From: Lytechinus pictus
Taxonomy: Eukaryota
Assembly: GCF_037042905.1 (NCBI RefSeq)
Contig: NC_087251.1
Span: forward strand, 38,070,001-38,130,000
DNA length: 60,000 nucleotides
Direction: 5' to 3'
Under the pieces are notes generated by a model, which was given only the letters and a program-made list of their open reading frames with translations, had not been told where the DNA came from and did not search any database. This document shows positions 39,364 to 52,786 of this stretch, piece after piece; the first letter of the stretch is position 1; each line of letters begins with the position of its first letter. A program made the position numbers and the translations under genes.

Positions 39364-41912
39364 AATTCCATAGAGTGAAGACTAGAGAGATGTATTATGT
39401 ATGTTGTATATTTCATTCCAAACATGACACCAAGGAAAAAAAGGGAACTGGTGCGAGAGAAAAAAACAAAACAAAAATAGATATATGAACAAATAAATGG
39501 TTTTTAATATTGTTTGGAAGAGATTTCATCGAGAAAACAAAAAAAATCTTCCCAGTGTGTGTGAAACATTATGGCTAGTAGATTTCACCTTCTTGCAACG
39601 AAGATCTACAATCTTGTGAAATTCTAAAAAGCTGTAGAAAAGGTGTGATAATTGAAATACGAATCATCTCAAATCAATTGAATGCTACTAGTATAAAAAA
39701 TGACTCCCATTATTATGGTATGGTGATGTGTATAGGTAACGTTGTGCCATTGTACATGCCGCATTTACAAGATATTTACACTCGAGCATGTACAAAGCAC
39801 TAGAAGGCTGATGGGTTTAAACATCTCATTATATGAATATTCAAATAGATTTGACACTTCTTTTCATAAACACACACCTGGGTCCCATTTCACAAAACTT
39901 GCTATAAGAATATATTGGCAAAAACAGTTAAAAGCTACTGAAATCCTCCAATCTAATTGGCGGATAGAAAATTTGTAATAGAAGTTGTGCATTTGTTATT
40001 ATAACAAGTCTTTATGAAAAAGGACCCTGGTGTATAAAATAATTTTTTTTTTCCATATCTCTTGCAACAAAAATAAAGACATACATCTATAAATTACCAT
40101 TAGGGGAATGTTTCATGAAACAAATAGTCAGTGACTTGCAATGTTTTTCACCGGTATTTGCTCTATAAGCAAATGAGATGCAAGGATTTCAGTAGCTTAT
40201 AACAATAGTCATTGAGAATCACAAACGATTTGTTTCATGAAATGCTCTCCCAGGTGGAATTTTAGGAAGGGCTTGCTAAGCTAGAGAGGGTATCATTTTA
40301 TCACTTCGAATAGGAAGCAAAGTAATGAGAAAATATGAATATGCAAATAATTGAAGAATGAATATGTGCAAATTAACCAAAATTCCCCCAAAAAGAAGAC
40401 TGAATTGCAATTTAACTGTAATCATAAAATGTGTGAATGTGTTTGATAAAAAACAAGTGCCTGCACAAAATCAATATTTCTAAGTACGCTGGCATACTCT
40501 GAAGTATATTGCTTAATACCATTTCCAACAGTTATTAATCTGGAGGAATTCTGTAATTAGATTTAAGAAAATTTGATTTATGCAAGTTTTAAGCCACCAT
40601 TGCAATAACCACATCTTGTTCAAGTTAATGCAGCATTCTGAACACACTATGAAATTACAATGCCCATTTTGTAAAAGAACAGACCTAATAGTTAGTGTTT
40701 CCTTCCTATAAAATCATTTAGGCATAGATAAATCTATTTGTGCACCAAAAGCCTTCATGTATGTTTATTATTTCATTTGTCGGTACTATTTGGGGTTTTG
40801 TTTAGCCGGTACCATTACCCATATCAGATCCTAACTTCAAAATGAAAAAAACAAAACTGTTCATCATCATAATGAAATAGTGTAGGCCTTGTCTTACAAA
40901 AGAGTTGCGATTGACGAACTATGGAAAGCCAGCAACGCAAACATTTAAAGTGCTTTTGTCTGTTAAAGACGTTTTCTGAATATGTGTGAAGGTGTGCATC
41001 ACTGTCTTGACAATCTAGTGTGCTCTTCTTAATTTACAAATGGACACTGCCCCAATATCCTGTATGAAAATCTATGACATTGATGGATTTCTAAGTCGAG
41101 GTTGATTAGATCAATCGCAACATTTTGAGAGGGGGCCCTACAATCATTCATATGTATAATAATTTTGAAGTAAAACGATATCTAATAAGGCAAATTGCAG
41201 CAAGTTATGAGAAGTGCACATCACTTCTGTTTATATATTTAGACTTGAAATTTAAAAAAACCCAGCATATCGGATAACCAAAATTATGCACATATTGAAC
41301 TAAATACCCATTGATGCGTACTTGTGGGAGAGTATTGTATATGTGATTGATTTTTTTTTAACAATATGGTGCCCTGTAAAATAAGATACAATCAATCTTA
41401 CAATTGATATCAATCATATATTTCTGAAAAACCCATAAAGGAGTTACAGTTTGTGAAATTGGTCGTATTTATAAATCTTCCTGTCCCTAAAAGAGAATTT
41501 AGAAATGTGTACCCAATAAACTTATCTTGGAGCACAACAAAACAGATTGACACATAAAACAAAATCTTAAAAATAACTATAAGGGAAGAGGTTGGTCTGA
41601 GACATGAGGGAACGGATGGAAAAAAAACCGACAAAATAACAAGTCTTTGGTGAAATATTATATATGCAAGTGCTTAGAACGAAAAATTGTCAAAGTGGAT
41701 AAAGTAAGAACGCAAACCATTTGGCAGTGTCATACTCTAAAAAGATCAAATCATCAACATTTACTACATATGAAAATGCTCTGCTGGTTAAAATGTGATA
41801 TATCATAAAATTCAAAAATTGACAGTACTTTCATCAAAACAGTAATATACATTTTAAATTAATCATTACATTTCATGTAGACAAAGAGACTTTCAAAATG
41901 GTAATCTACACT

Positions 41913-42126
41913 ATTTCAAAGTTCTGGATACATAAAACTAGTGTGTGAATCGCAATGTCATACAAAAGTCAATGCCATGCAATTCAAAGGAAATAATTAA
42001 ATTAGTTCAAGGAATTCTAATTTCAAAGTTCTGGATACATAAAACTAGTGTGTGAATCGCAATGTCATACAAAAGTCAATGCCATGCAATTCAAAGGAAA
42101 TAATTAAATTAGTTCAAGGAATTCTA
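41913..42126. repeat. Exact 107-bp tandem duplication
   Basis: 41913-42019 is identical to 42020-42126. Confidence 0.92.
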
Positions 42127-45034
42127 CCATATAAATGGAAACAACACATGTTTGCACCGACAAAATTCCAATGATTACTGATGCAAAAATATACAAATAT
42201 TGCATTTAAGAAATTATAAAAATTAGTAAACAGTGAAAAGAGAAAACGGGAGGTTACTTCATACACATCTTGATAATAGAGAGCTATAACTCTTTACTAA
42301 AGAGGCATAGACAAATATGTAAGTTTTCCAGGGATAAATTCATACAATTTTAGAAGATAAAGAAAAGGATTTGTAATAGTACAGAAAAGATGGGTATGAA
42401 GAAGAATTGAAGGCAATTTGTGTTTAAAACAAGTCGATAAACATGAAAAAAATCTTGAACATATTACCATATCTCCCCCACCCTTCCCCTTCCTATATAG
42501 AATTTTGTACAGGAATTATTAATCAAATGCTAGATAAGGAATATCAGTGTTTCTCACTTCAGTATTTTGTCATTAAATATTCTAATGGTCATTTTTACAA
42601 ATAGTGTATAATGGACAAAAGGGATTTTGAAAAGATATTAAACATTGTGTGGACACATTTCTGGTGCACTTAATGGAAGACATTTAACAAACTGAATTAA
42701 AATCTTGTAAGAAAAAAATCACAAGGGCCGTGTTTTGTATTGCCCAATAGAAACTCCCATTTCAAAGGACAATAACAATTTTCTTGTGAAAAATGCATAG
42801 ATAGGACTAATAAAGCAATCGATATGTAAACAAAGTAGGAAAGTATTTTCAGAAATCATTATTATAAAATGGAAGGCAAAGATGAATCAATATATTTAAA
42901 ACAAATCACTTTAATTTTTTTTCTTTTCTCTTAGAAAAATTGAGAATAAATCTTACAATTAGGGGTTAAAATTTACTGTCAACAAATGAATATTTACCCC
43001 ATGAATAAAGGCAGATATTCAGGACTTGTTTACATGTGATTATGAGTTCCTTATTTTTTTTTTTTGCTCGTGACAATTGTGATATTTTTCACATTTCTGT
43101 CTAACCTTAATCTACAGATTATCATAAAATGGACTGCTCAGTTATCAGCTTAATTGATTCATCTGCTTTCAATCAGATTACTTATTAGAATAAAAACAAT
43201 TATAATAAATAAATCAATTTTAAAGTTTCAGGTGTGAATATACCATGGGAGATAGGTTTACAAATAAAACACTAATCGGGGGTATTAATAAAATATCACC
43301 CACAAGGTATCTTTTGAATTATACATGTCAGAGGAGTAGCAGAATGCGTTTGGGCTGTTTCAATGGTAACAAACAATGGGTAATTAAATGCCCTGGCAAA
43401 ATAAAATGGGATGTGTTTATATGTTTCATAAGATAGTCATATGGTCCTTGGTATTTATCTCAAAATCATGACTGGTAAGAGAACAAGTCATTAGCAAATT
43501 GCCTGTTAGCTATTAAAAATAAGTGACTGGTCACATGATAGATATCCGCCAATCATTTAATCAGGATCCCTATCATCATGTTATAATCAATACTATTGCC
43601 TACAAAGGGTAAACATTCATACAATCACACAGGAAATTGACTCGAGTCACCACCATTGGTGGATGGAGACATAATACAAATGGGAAATTAACAAATGTAT
43701 TCAACAATTACAAATTTATTCTCATGTATGTACTGTTGTTCTATCCAAAAGCAAAAAAAGTTGCTTCATGCAGCAAAACATACTTATTTCCAACATCTTG
43801 CATAGAGCAGTACTTCCATATTGGAGAAAGAAAACTATACATGGTTCGGCTTGCCGATATTCACTGAAGTAATTCATCTTGCAAAATATACAGATTTTAT
43901 TTGTCAAACTTCAATATTCAATACCTCGAAACTCGCTGGCAATGCTGCTTATGGCAACTAGACGTCTAGGAATTTTAGACTTTGTCATGAGCAGCAATAC
44001 CAGTGAGTATGGCATATATTTGTCTAGTTTATACAGAGAAAAGTCAAAAAGATTTTTTTTTTGTGGAGGACGTTATCCTGAATTTCTGATCATTAAAGTT
44101 AAAATTCGATATTTCTATATTTTCTTTCTTTAAACCCCGGTACTTGTATTCATGCAAAAAAAAAGAAACAACACAAAGGACAGCTTTAGGTTTTAATCAT
44201 CAACATAAACTCTCAATTGGGATGTGACTATTAAATCTTTCTCATTATCAAGTAATATCATATGTGTGAGTAGTTGACTTTCTTCAGAAAAGGGTCAATT
44301 GCCTTTTATTTATATATATGAATATGAAATTTTCAGACAACAGAATCATTGTAGATCCATTTCAATGTGAGAAAGGATGAAATGTGTCAACAGCATGAGA
44401 CCCTTTTATAACCAAATGCCTTCATGTAAATATATGTCACATAATACATTTACTACAGAAAAGATAATGAGGGTACATATTTGACAATATTTTCTCTCTT
44501 ATTCACCCTGCGGTTTTCTAAGGTTTGCAAAACAGTATCTGTTATCAATTCATGTAGCCAGTCAGTCAACCTTAATTCTTAACACAATTTGTAAAGTCGG
44601 TAAATGTTGCAGGAAATTCTTGGGCTTTCAACAAAAACCTCACAATGATGAAATGATATAATGATTAGAAGGGGGTGATATATCTTGAACACCAAATAGT
44701 TCTGTAAACCAGCATTCTCCGGGCCAGGGCATATGTGAATTCCTTCAGGGGCACAGGAGGGGTGTCAGCTAGCACTGTCTAGCTGCAAAATGATACATCC
44801 TCCATTCTCACACACAGTGGCTACAAGGACAAACAATTCATCCTTCTTTCCTTTCTTCCATAACCATGACGATGTCCTTCCTTGATGACATCCATCCCTG
44901 ATGTCGTCCATCCGTATCATCCCCTGCGACAGAACCATCTCCTGGTAGGCACAAGATGCATCACGTCATCAGACCTCCACGAGGGCAGCAGAACGTCCAA
45001 AGAAAAAAATGTTCACGTCGTCTACTTGACTGCC

Positions 45035-45320
45035 TTTTGGAGGTACACAATCGCAAATGTGGCAGGAACTTATTCTCATCAACTTGCCAACCTAGCGGAG
45101 GTACACTAACCATATGTGGCAGGGACTGACCACAACATATTCGCACGCCCTGTGGTCACATGAACTTGCCCAACAAGTGGACGTACACAAAAGCAGATGT
45201 GGCAGAAACTGTCCACATCATATTTGCATGTGTTTACACCATTAATGTACCTGCCTAGCAGATGTACACACTGATGCAGATGTGGCAGGAGCTGTTCACA
45301 TCATGTTCGCGTGTCCTGTG
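45035..45320. repeat. Degenerate ~83-bp tandem repeat spanning the MAP4K stop codon
   Basis: ATGTGGCAG recurs at 45057, 45114, 45197 and 45280, each preceded by GTACAC. Confidence 0.75.
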
Positions 45321-45439
45321 AGTAGGTATATATTGCAGGGAGCGGTAGGGTCTGTTAAGGGATGGCTCTTGAGTACGGTGAGCTTCTCGTGACCTAGTAA
45401 CGTGAACAATTTGCTCTTGTCACAGATCTCTTGGGTCAC
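45296..45439 (-). CDS. MAP4K3: MAP4K3/5-like terminal coding exon (VTQEICDKSKLFTLLG...NIYLLTGHANMM*)
   Basis: ttttctttcag acceptor, 144 nt to the TGA at 45296-45298. Confidence 0.93.
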   Translation of the reverse strand: MTQEICDKSKLFTLLGHEKLTVLKSHPLTDPTAPCNIYLLTGHANMM

Positions 45440-45748
45440 CTGAAAGAAAAACGAACAAAGGATTCAAAACAATTACAATATGTTTAAAACTTTATCTTCG
45501 CCTTTTGTTAGCTGGGTTAGAAGTGAGAAACATGTCTATCAAGACCAACAAGGGCAACAAGAAAAGTGGTCTTTATGGGATTGCAGTCACTCTTTACGGA
45601 CAGGTTCTTACAATACATCTTTTAATGGGTGATAAGAATCAAAGGAAATCAAATGTGCGGTCTTCATAGACAGGTGCTCCTTCTGTACAGGCAGTTGCTA
45701 AAGCAGGTTTGGACTGTAGATCATGTTTTCATCATCTTCAGCATTTAA

Positions 45749-46331
45749 AGGTCAAGCCCACCCCAGAAAAATGCTGAGTTGAATAAATAGATAAAAATCA
45801 AACTAGCATAGTGCTGACATTTCATCAAAATCGGATGTAAAATAAGAAAGTTATGACATTCTAAAGTTTCGCTTATTTTTCACAAAACAGTGATATGCAC
45901 AAGTAGGTGAGTCAGTCGATGATGTCCATCACTCACTATTTCTTTTGGTTTTTATTGTTTGAATTATGCATTATTTCATTTTTTTATAGATTTGACAATA
46001 AAGACCAACTTGACTGAACCATATAGTATTAAACAATGCTATTTCCACATGTTCAGGGAGGAATTAATCGTTGTATCACTTGACAATGAGAAAATGAGAA
46101 TATTTCATATTTCATATAATAAAATACAAAAGAAATAGTGAGAGGATGACATCATAGTCTCCTCATTTGCATACCAGCCAGGATGTGCATAAACTGTTTT
46201 GTGAAATTAAGTGAAACTTTAACATGTCATAACTTTCTTATTTTACATCAGATTTTGATGAAATTTTCAGTGTTTGTTGGATTTTTCTCTTTTTATTCAA
46301 ATCAACTTTTTTGTTGGGATGGACTTGTCGT
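45749..46331. mobile_element. Kolobok-like palindromic MITE, family A
   Basis: TTAA flanks and the same inverted arms as 9166-9768. Confidence 0.85.
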
Positions 46332-46535
46332 TTAAAGTCTGTTTTCCCACTTTGTGGGGCTGGGCTGTTCAATTCCTTGATGGCTCTCTACCATGCTGTG
46401 ATTTCATTTGGGTTAATGTGGGTGATGTTTAACACTTTTCTGACTTCTCTGATAGTTCCCCACATCTTGCACGATCTCCGACAAGGATTTCCTCCAGCAA
46501 AACATAGAAATTTAATATTCTCTTGAGCCAAGTGG

Positions 46536-46648
46536 CAGTGGCGGACCGTGACCCGGAGGAGACAATGGTTGGAGGGGCACTGTATTGTTTGTGAACAATG
46601 CTGTGCCCCTCAAATGCTTTGTCTCCTCCGGGTCAATGTCCGCCACTG
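46536..46648. mobile_element. 113-bp hairpin MITE (hAT-like), opposite orientation to 20750-20862
   Basis: Same termini; flanks gccaagtgg/gccagtgg. Confidence 0.78.
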
Positions 46649-46898
46649 GCCAGTGGGTCTGTTTTCTTCTTGCCTCACAAGTGACGACCATACCATCTCA
46701 ACCTATTCCTTCTCATCACCTGTCCTATCCGTACCAGGCACATGGACTGTAGGAGGTCTATGTTGTATTGTACTGTATCATGAAACATGGACTTTACACT
46801 AGTGTGGCAGGGAAAGTTACGAATAGGGAAGTGGCTCAGGCTTTATCGGGATGCCTTTTAAGTTCTCACAGAGATAATTACACGACCTTTGACCTCAC

Positions 46899-47062
46899 CT
46901 CATTTGACCTGAAGCTCCTTCCCTGCATGCCATGCCGGTGGAATGCCAGCACACTGTCTTGTAGTACTACGAGTTTGTCCACAGCAAAGTCAAAGTGGAG
47001 TTCTGTCAGGAGTTTCTTGCTGTTCCTTGGCCTGCCATTGAGGTTAACAACCTTCACTTCAC
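46899..47062 (-). CDS. MAP4K3: MAP4K3/5-like coding exon (SEVKVVNLNGRPRNSKKLLTELHFDF...HGMQGRSFRSNE)
   Basis: ctgaag acceptor (weak), gtgagg donor, 164 nt, phase 1 to 0; LQDSVLAF..HGMQGRSF motif. Confidence 0.92.
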
Positions 47063-47658
47063 CTTCAGTGGTATGGAAGAGAACAGAGATAAGATCACGG
47101 TAAAGTGGGCATATCTTATATCAAATATTCCTAATATTTTGTCATTTTGGTTTTCAAGAACTAAACTTTTTAATTTATTCAATCTTATAATCAGTAGATA
47201 AGAACATCGAGAAGATCATGGTAAAGTCAGTACAACTTTTATCAAATAATCATAATTTTTTGTCATTATAGCTCTAAAAAATCAGGTTATTCTTGAATTA
47301 TAAACATTCTTATGATTACTTATCACTATTTACTCTTTTTTATTTTTTGATACGTGCATAAGAAATTTACAACAATTAATCATTACGGCTCCCTGTTAGC
47401 AAGCCATCATGTATATTATTACATTTTTATTGATAAGGATGCGAGTCCAAATCTGAAAGCCTGAATAAAACATAAAATAACCTACATAAATTTACCATTG
47501 CACTTCCCTCATCCCCCTTGACATAACCAAAAATAACTACTCCAACCTCTAAATGCACAACACTGAAGAAATCATATTTCAAAATGGTAAAATATCTGCA
47601 CTCTTCCCTTTCAACTATATACCGGTAATTTGATTTTTTTAAAGTACAAAATGGTATG

Positions 47659-48407
47659 CAGTCCGACCTCTCTTATCCGGCCTCCCCTTATCCGGATCTT
47701 TCTATTATCCGAACGCACACTTGCCAAGATTTTTTTTCCAAACTAGTACGTGGGGAAATTAGGTTTAAATCTACAATCAAAATTCCTATGCAAACTCACT
47801 TTGATTGAATACATTTCCCAATATAGTCTACCAACAGCCACATTATTTTTTATGAAAATATCTTACCCCAATCACCGAAACAACTTAGACAGGATAATTT
47901 TCTAGTAAATCAGGGCTCAGCGCAACCATTTTATCACGCTCTTTTTTTGTTGGTCGGGGTCAGAAAAAACAACATGTCCGCTAGCTAGCGCTAGGCCTCG
48001 ATACAGACAGCGCCATCTATCACGTTTGAGCCTACAGTCTAACAATGGCTGACTTTGCGAAGCTGCGATGCCCGCCAGGATGATCCAATTTTCAAACTTA
48101 GTTTCATTGAGTCATTCTCTTTCTTTTGAGTTATGCTCGATGTATTCCTCAATCGTTTCAGCAGGAAAATTATCCAAGAGTTTTTGCAACCAATCGATTT
48201 GATTCCCGTAAAAAAAAATGTCTATAATATGCACTGACACTGCAGTGAATACTGTCTGTGCATGCCCACTACAATAGATTACATGTTGCTACCGCCATTG
48301 GGGAGTCGCAGCTGCATGTATTCAATATTAGGTCTCCCAGATCTGGATAAATCCCTTATCCGGATTGGTGCTGGTCCCAACGTGTATGGATAAGAGAGGT
48401 CGGACTG
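47659..48407. mobile_element. Tc1/pogo-like MITE
   Basis: TIR CAGTCCGACCTCTCTTATCC / GGATAAGAGAGGTCGGACTG|TA. Confidence 0.8.
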
Positions 48408-48934
48408 TAACTATAGAGTAACAGAAAAAGTAATATAATAGTATGTAGCCTTACTAAATAATAACTGCAGAAATAAACAGGATGGTGTTTCACAAAGAGT
48501 TAAGTGTGACTTGAAGTCATACTTAAGTGTGACTTAAGTCATACTTAAGCATTAATATGCACATGATGTCTAACACACCGTCTCAATGGTCAATACACAC
48601 TTAGCATGATCTGACCAATGCAGTGATGCCAATGAATCACTCGCAACTGGGAATTTAAGCACTACTTGTAGTCACACTTATATGTTTGTGAAACACCCCC
48701 CTGATCTTAAACTCATATCATACATAAGATATATATGAGATGTAAAACAAAATGCAAACAAAAAAGGGGCAAGCTCCTTGATAACATGCACTGTTAGACA
48801 ATAGACCTTTCTTGTGTTACTGCTGTTGCTGCTGTAAAAGCTGACATCTTCATTTTCCAATGATATACAGGATACTTGTGTATTGGTTAGTTACCTTGTT
48901 TTTCCAGTATTATTTGCTAATTTATGGGTGGTGA

Positions 48935-50711
48935 ATTCCTACAAAACTTAAAATAGCAAAAGTAATTCCAGTGTATAAGAAAGGAGACAATCGAAATATA
49001 TTGAATTACAGACCTATTTCTATTCTACCAATATTCTCAAAGATATTAGAAAAGATTGTATTTACACGTGTTAATGATTTTCTTGATAAAAATGCAATTT
49101 TAAGTTCATGTCAATATGGATTTAGGAAAAATAGATCAACTGAAATGGCATTAATTGATTTGCATAATTATTTGATTTCCTGTATTGCAGAAAAAAATCA
49201 CACAATAGGAGTATTTTTAGATTTAAGCAAGGCTTTCGACACAATTGATCATAGTATAATGCTTTATAAACTGAAAAATTATGGATTTCGTGGTCTTATT
49301 TTGAACTGGTTTGAGAATTATTTAACAAACAGAAGTCAAATGGTATTTTTTAATGATGTTAATTCAAGATCAATGAAAATTCTATGTGGAGTACCACAAG
49401 GCTCAATTCTAGGTCCGCTTCTTTTTCTACTATATATAAATGATCTCTCCAACTGTTCATCTCTTCTCAAATTTGTACTTTTTGCCGATGATACAAATAT
49501 TTTGATTAGTCACCATAATATTATAAATTTACAGCTTATGCTTCGAAGTGAAATGATAAATGTATCTAAATGGTTTAATTCAAATAAGCTATCTATAAAT
49601 GTAGAAAAATCTGTATACATGTATTTCAACAACTCTAAAAATAATAGTCATGTGGATAATCTGCTAGTTCAGATCAATGGACTTGATATAAACCATGTTA
49701 CTTCTACCAAGTTTTTAGGCGTGATCATTGATCAAAATTTGACTTGGGATAGCCAAATTCTTGCCGTAACTAAAAGGACTTCAAAAAATATTGGTATCAT
49801 CGGCAAACTACGTTTTCTCTTACCTAGGAATATTCTTATTTTGTTGTATAATACACTTGTCTTGCCTTATTTAAGTTATGGAAACATTGTCTGGGGAAAT
49901 ACATATCCATCAAAGTTAGACAAACTTCTAAAACTACAAAAGAGAGTAGTTAGATACTGTACTTTATCTGATTTTCATGCCCACTCTAAACCTTTGTTTC
50001 TCAAATTGAATGTTCTTGATATATATAAGCTTAATAAATTTCTAATAGGATTAATCCTCTTCAGACATGTAAACACATCTTTACCTGAAAATATTCAATT
50101 ATTGTTATCATTCAATAATGAGATCCATAATTACAATACTCGTCATAAAGAGAAATTTCATATATTCAGATGGACTAAAACATTTGTCTCATTTACTTTT
50201 AAACATACTGCACCCCTTATTTGGAACGCACTTCCTCAAGAGATACGTCAAACTAGTAATTTCAATGGTTATAAAAGGAAATTAAAGTCATATCTATTAA
50301 AGTTAACACATACCTAATCCCTATCTATATACTTTTTCATACGATAATAATTCAACTTTTCACTCCCTCTTCACTTTACTTTATGTTTATTTTGTAAAAT
50401 TTCTTATTTTTGTATTGTTTTTTTTAATTATTTACCTTAAACTATCCATTGCAACAATGTTTACTTCCAGTTTGGGACACAGCCTTGACAAGTTCAAGTC
50501 CCTTTTTGAACTTTTGCAGTGACCCATTTCCATTTGATTTTTTTCTGTATATGTGAAATCAATACCATTTCTGTGTTTGTATAAATTGTATTGTATCCAA
50601 ATGTAAATCTTGTAAATTTGTATGTAAATCTTGTAAATTTGTAAATTTGTATGTATGAATTGTATCTTTTTATCGAATGGAATGAATAAATCTTGAATCT
50701 TGAATCTTGAA
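48935..50711 (+). mobile_element. 5'-truncated CR1-group (CR1/L2/Crack-like) non-LTR retrotransposon
   Basis: RT ORF, T-rich 3' UTR, AATAAA plus (TCTTGAA)3 tail; direct repeat TGAATTCCT at 48932-48940 and 50708-50716. Confidence 0.93.
48971..50317 (+). CDS. LINE ORF2 fragment: reverse transcriptase plus C-terminal domain (no endonuclease)
   Basis: NYRPISIL, QYGFR, FLDLSKAFDTIDH, GVPQGSILGPLLFLLYINDL, FADD, FLGV, HNYNTR and WNALP motifs; frame open from 48935. Confidence 0.95.
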   Translation: MYKKGDNRNILNYRPISILPIFSKILEKIVFTRVNDFLDKNAILSSCQYGFRKNRSTEMALIDLHNYLISCIAEKNHTIGVFLDLSKAFDTIDHSIMLYKLKNYGFRGLILNWFENYLTNRSQMVFFNDVNSRSMKILCGVPQGSILGPLLFLLYINDLSNCSSLLKFVLFADDTNILISHHNIINLQLMLRSEMINVSKWFNSNKLSINVEKSVYMYFNNSKNNSHVDNLLVQINGLDINHVTSTKFLGVIIDQNLTWDSQILAVTKRTSKNIGIIGKLRFLLPRNILILLYNTLVLPYLSYGNIVWGNTYPSKLDKLLKLQKRVVRYCTLSDFHAHSKPLFLKLNVLDIYKLNKFLIGLILFRHVNTSLPENIQLLLSFNNEIHNYNTRHKEKFHIFRWTKTFVSFTFKHTAPLIWNALPQEIRQTSNFNGYKRKLKSYLLKLTHT

Positions 50712-52640
50712 TTCCTTTTTTTAATTTTTTTTTTTTTAAGAAAACTAGTTCTGAAGATGTTTAATCTTCAAATATGTGAAGTTAATGTATTGTATGCTAT
50801 TAGAGTTGGTTTCATAGTTTGAATTAATGAACAGTCCTTACATAAAAAAGGACTTTAAAAAAAAATTGAAAATACTGTTTTCATTCAATTCATCATATAT
50901 TTGTGATTCGGCCTTTTACAAAAATGAATAGTTCAAATTATCTGAACATCAATGGAGTATATCTAGCTGCAGTCATCATTAAATTTACTTCTTATTTTTA
51001 AGAAAAATTAATTTTAAAAAAATACCAAGGATATGATTAGAAGAGAATAGCATCCTGTTTTGGGGGAAAAAAATTTTTCCTTAAAAATGGCTGACTGACC
51101 CACTGATCCGAAGCAACTGGCCCAGCTAACTCTCCAAAATGGCCACCAGGTATTTTGTTTTTTCAATCATTAGTTAGACTTTTGAATCATGAAAAATAAA
51201 TCATGAAAATTACATCTTTTCGGGGTCTAATCCCCTCCCCCCCCAAAAAAAATGAATGAAAAAAGGGGGTGGCCTTCAAAAAGGTAGTGAAGGGTTACTC
51301 CAAACGTGCATTCTTTTAATACGGCCTACTTTGTGCATAACTGTATGGGTCTACCTACTGTGAAGGAAATGATATGTGTTATAAATGACTGCTTTCATTT
51401 TGTTAGAAGCAAAGTTGATTTACAAAGAAGAAAAAAACAGAAACAGCAAAATATTACATGAATAAATGAAGTTGCAATATGTAAAACCTCAATGTTTGAC
51501 ATAGGTAATGCAAAATTGGGATATGGACGGGGTCTAGCATGATTTATAACATCATCTATAGAAATCATCTGTTCTTACAGCAAAATACATAAGGGGAGAA
51601 TTTCATCAACTCTATTTTATTTTTTTCAACCACCTGTCAGATCTGATATCTTTCCTCGATTCTGATTGGCTGAGAAGTACTGTTACTACGGTAACTGTCA
51701 GATAAAACATGACTTAATAAAATGTGTGACAAGTCCTTTCATAAAACACTCCCGTGCTATGATGATGGTAACAGGCTGAATGGGGTTAGTCGATGTGTGG
51801 AATATGATATACAGAATGATGAATTGTGGATTAAATAAAACATGCATGGTATTGGTAGATGTATTATATGAAGGTCTTGGCCCGGGTCTTGGTCCAATGC
51901 AGGGAGGTGGATAAGGATGGCATCAGCATTTACAGTTATGTACACATGGGAGAACCCTTTCCTCAGTCATGCAGCATGGCCTATACTCCTTTAGAAGGGA
52001 AAGTTTTATTTTCAAGATTCTATTCCAATAGCAAAAACAAGGACTCGTGTGTCTCCACATAAAAATCTTGCTCAAGATTTATAATGAGATAATTCTGATC
52101 ATTTTGATAAAAGAAACTAGAAGTTTGAAACACTAATTTCACAGTGATGAGAATTTTCTTTTTCAAATTTACAATCATTAAATTTTTGCAGCTTTGATTT
52201 TCAGGGGATAGACTAGACTAGAACATCTGTTTGATTAATTTCACTACCCTATATATTTGTACATTTCCAGTACAAGCTAAAGCTTTTAAATTCATATAAA
52301 AATCATCATCATCATCTACTCATATCTGTGTATGCATATTTTCCACCTTTTTTTAGAAAAATCTAAAAGAATCAAACTTTGAATGACAAAATTTCAAAGA
52401 TAAATGTTCAAAGTAGGAGGAGAATTGAAAGAGTTGCATATAGACACTTTACATGATATGGTATCAAGGTATGGAAAGGAGTCTCCAATGCAACCTTATG
52501 CAGCAATAATAATATCATGCAAAAATCATAAATGATAATGGCATGAATGTTTGCGAGGAAAATGGCAGCAGTGTCTGAGTGCATAGGTCTGCTGCCGAAG
52601 GAGTGTATGATACCGCGGAGCTTGGCCGATGCATGCTCAC

Positions 52641-52786
52641 TGTCGAAGCAGACCAGGACCGTGTCTCGCTCGATCTGGGACACGCAGACGACGTCGAGGA
52701 GTTTCTCCGTCGGAGGGTGTTCCACAAACCAGCTGCTCGTTGAGTTCAGGTTCACCACATCGAACGTCAGGTGCGACCTGTCCACC
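52641..52786 (-). CDS. MAP4K3: MAP4K3/5-like coding exon (VDRSHLTFDVVNLNSTSSWF...QIERDTVLVCFD)
   Basis: tttcag acceptor, gtgagc donor, 146 nt, phase 2 to 1; NSTSSWF and Q.ERDT.LVC motifs. Confidence 0.94.
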
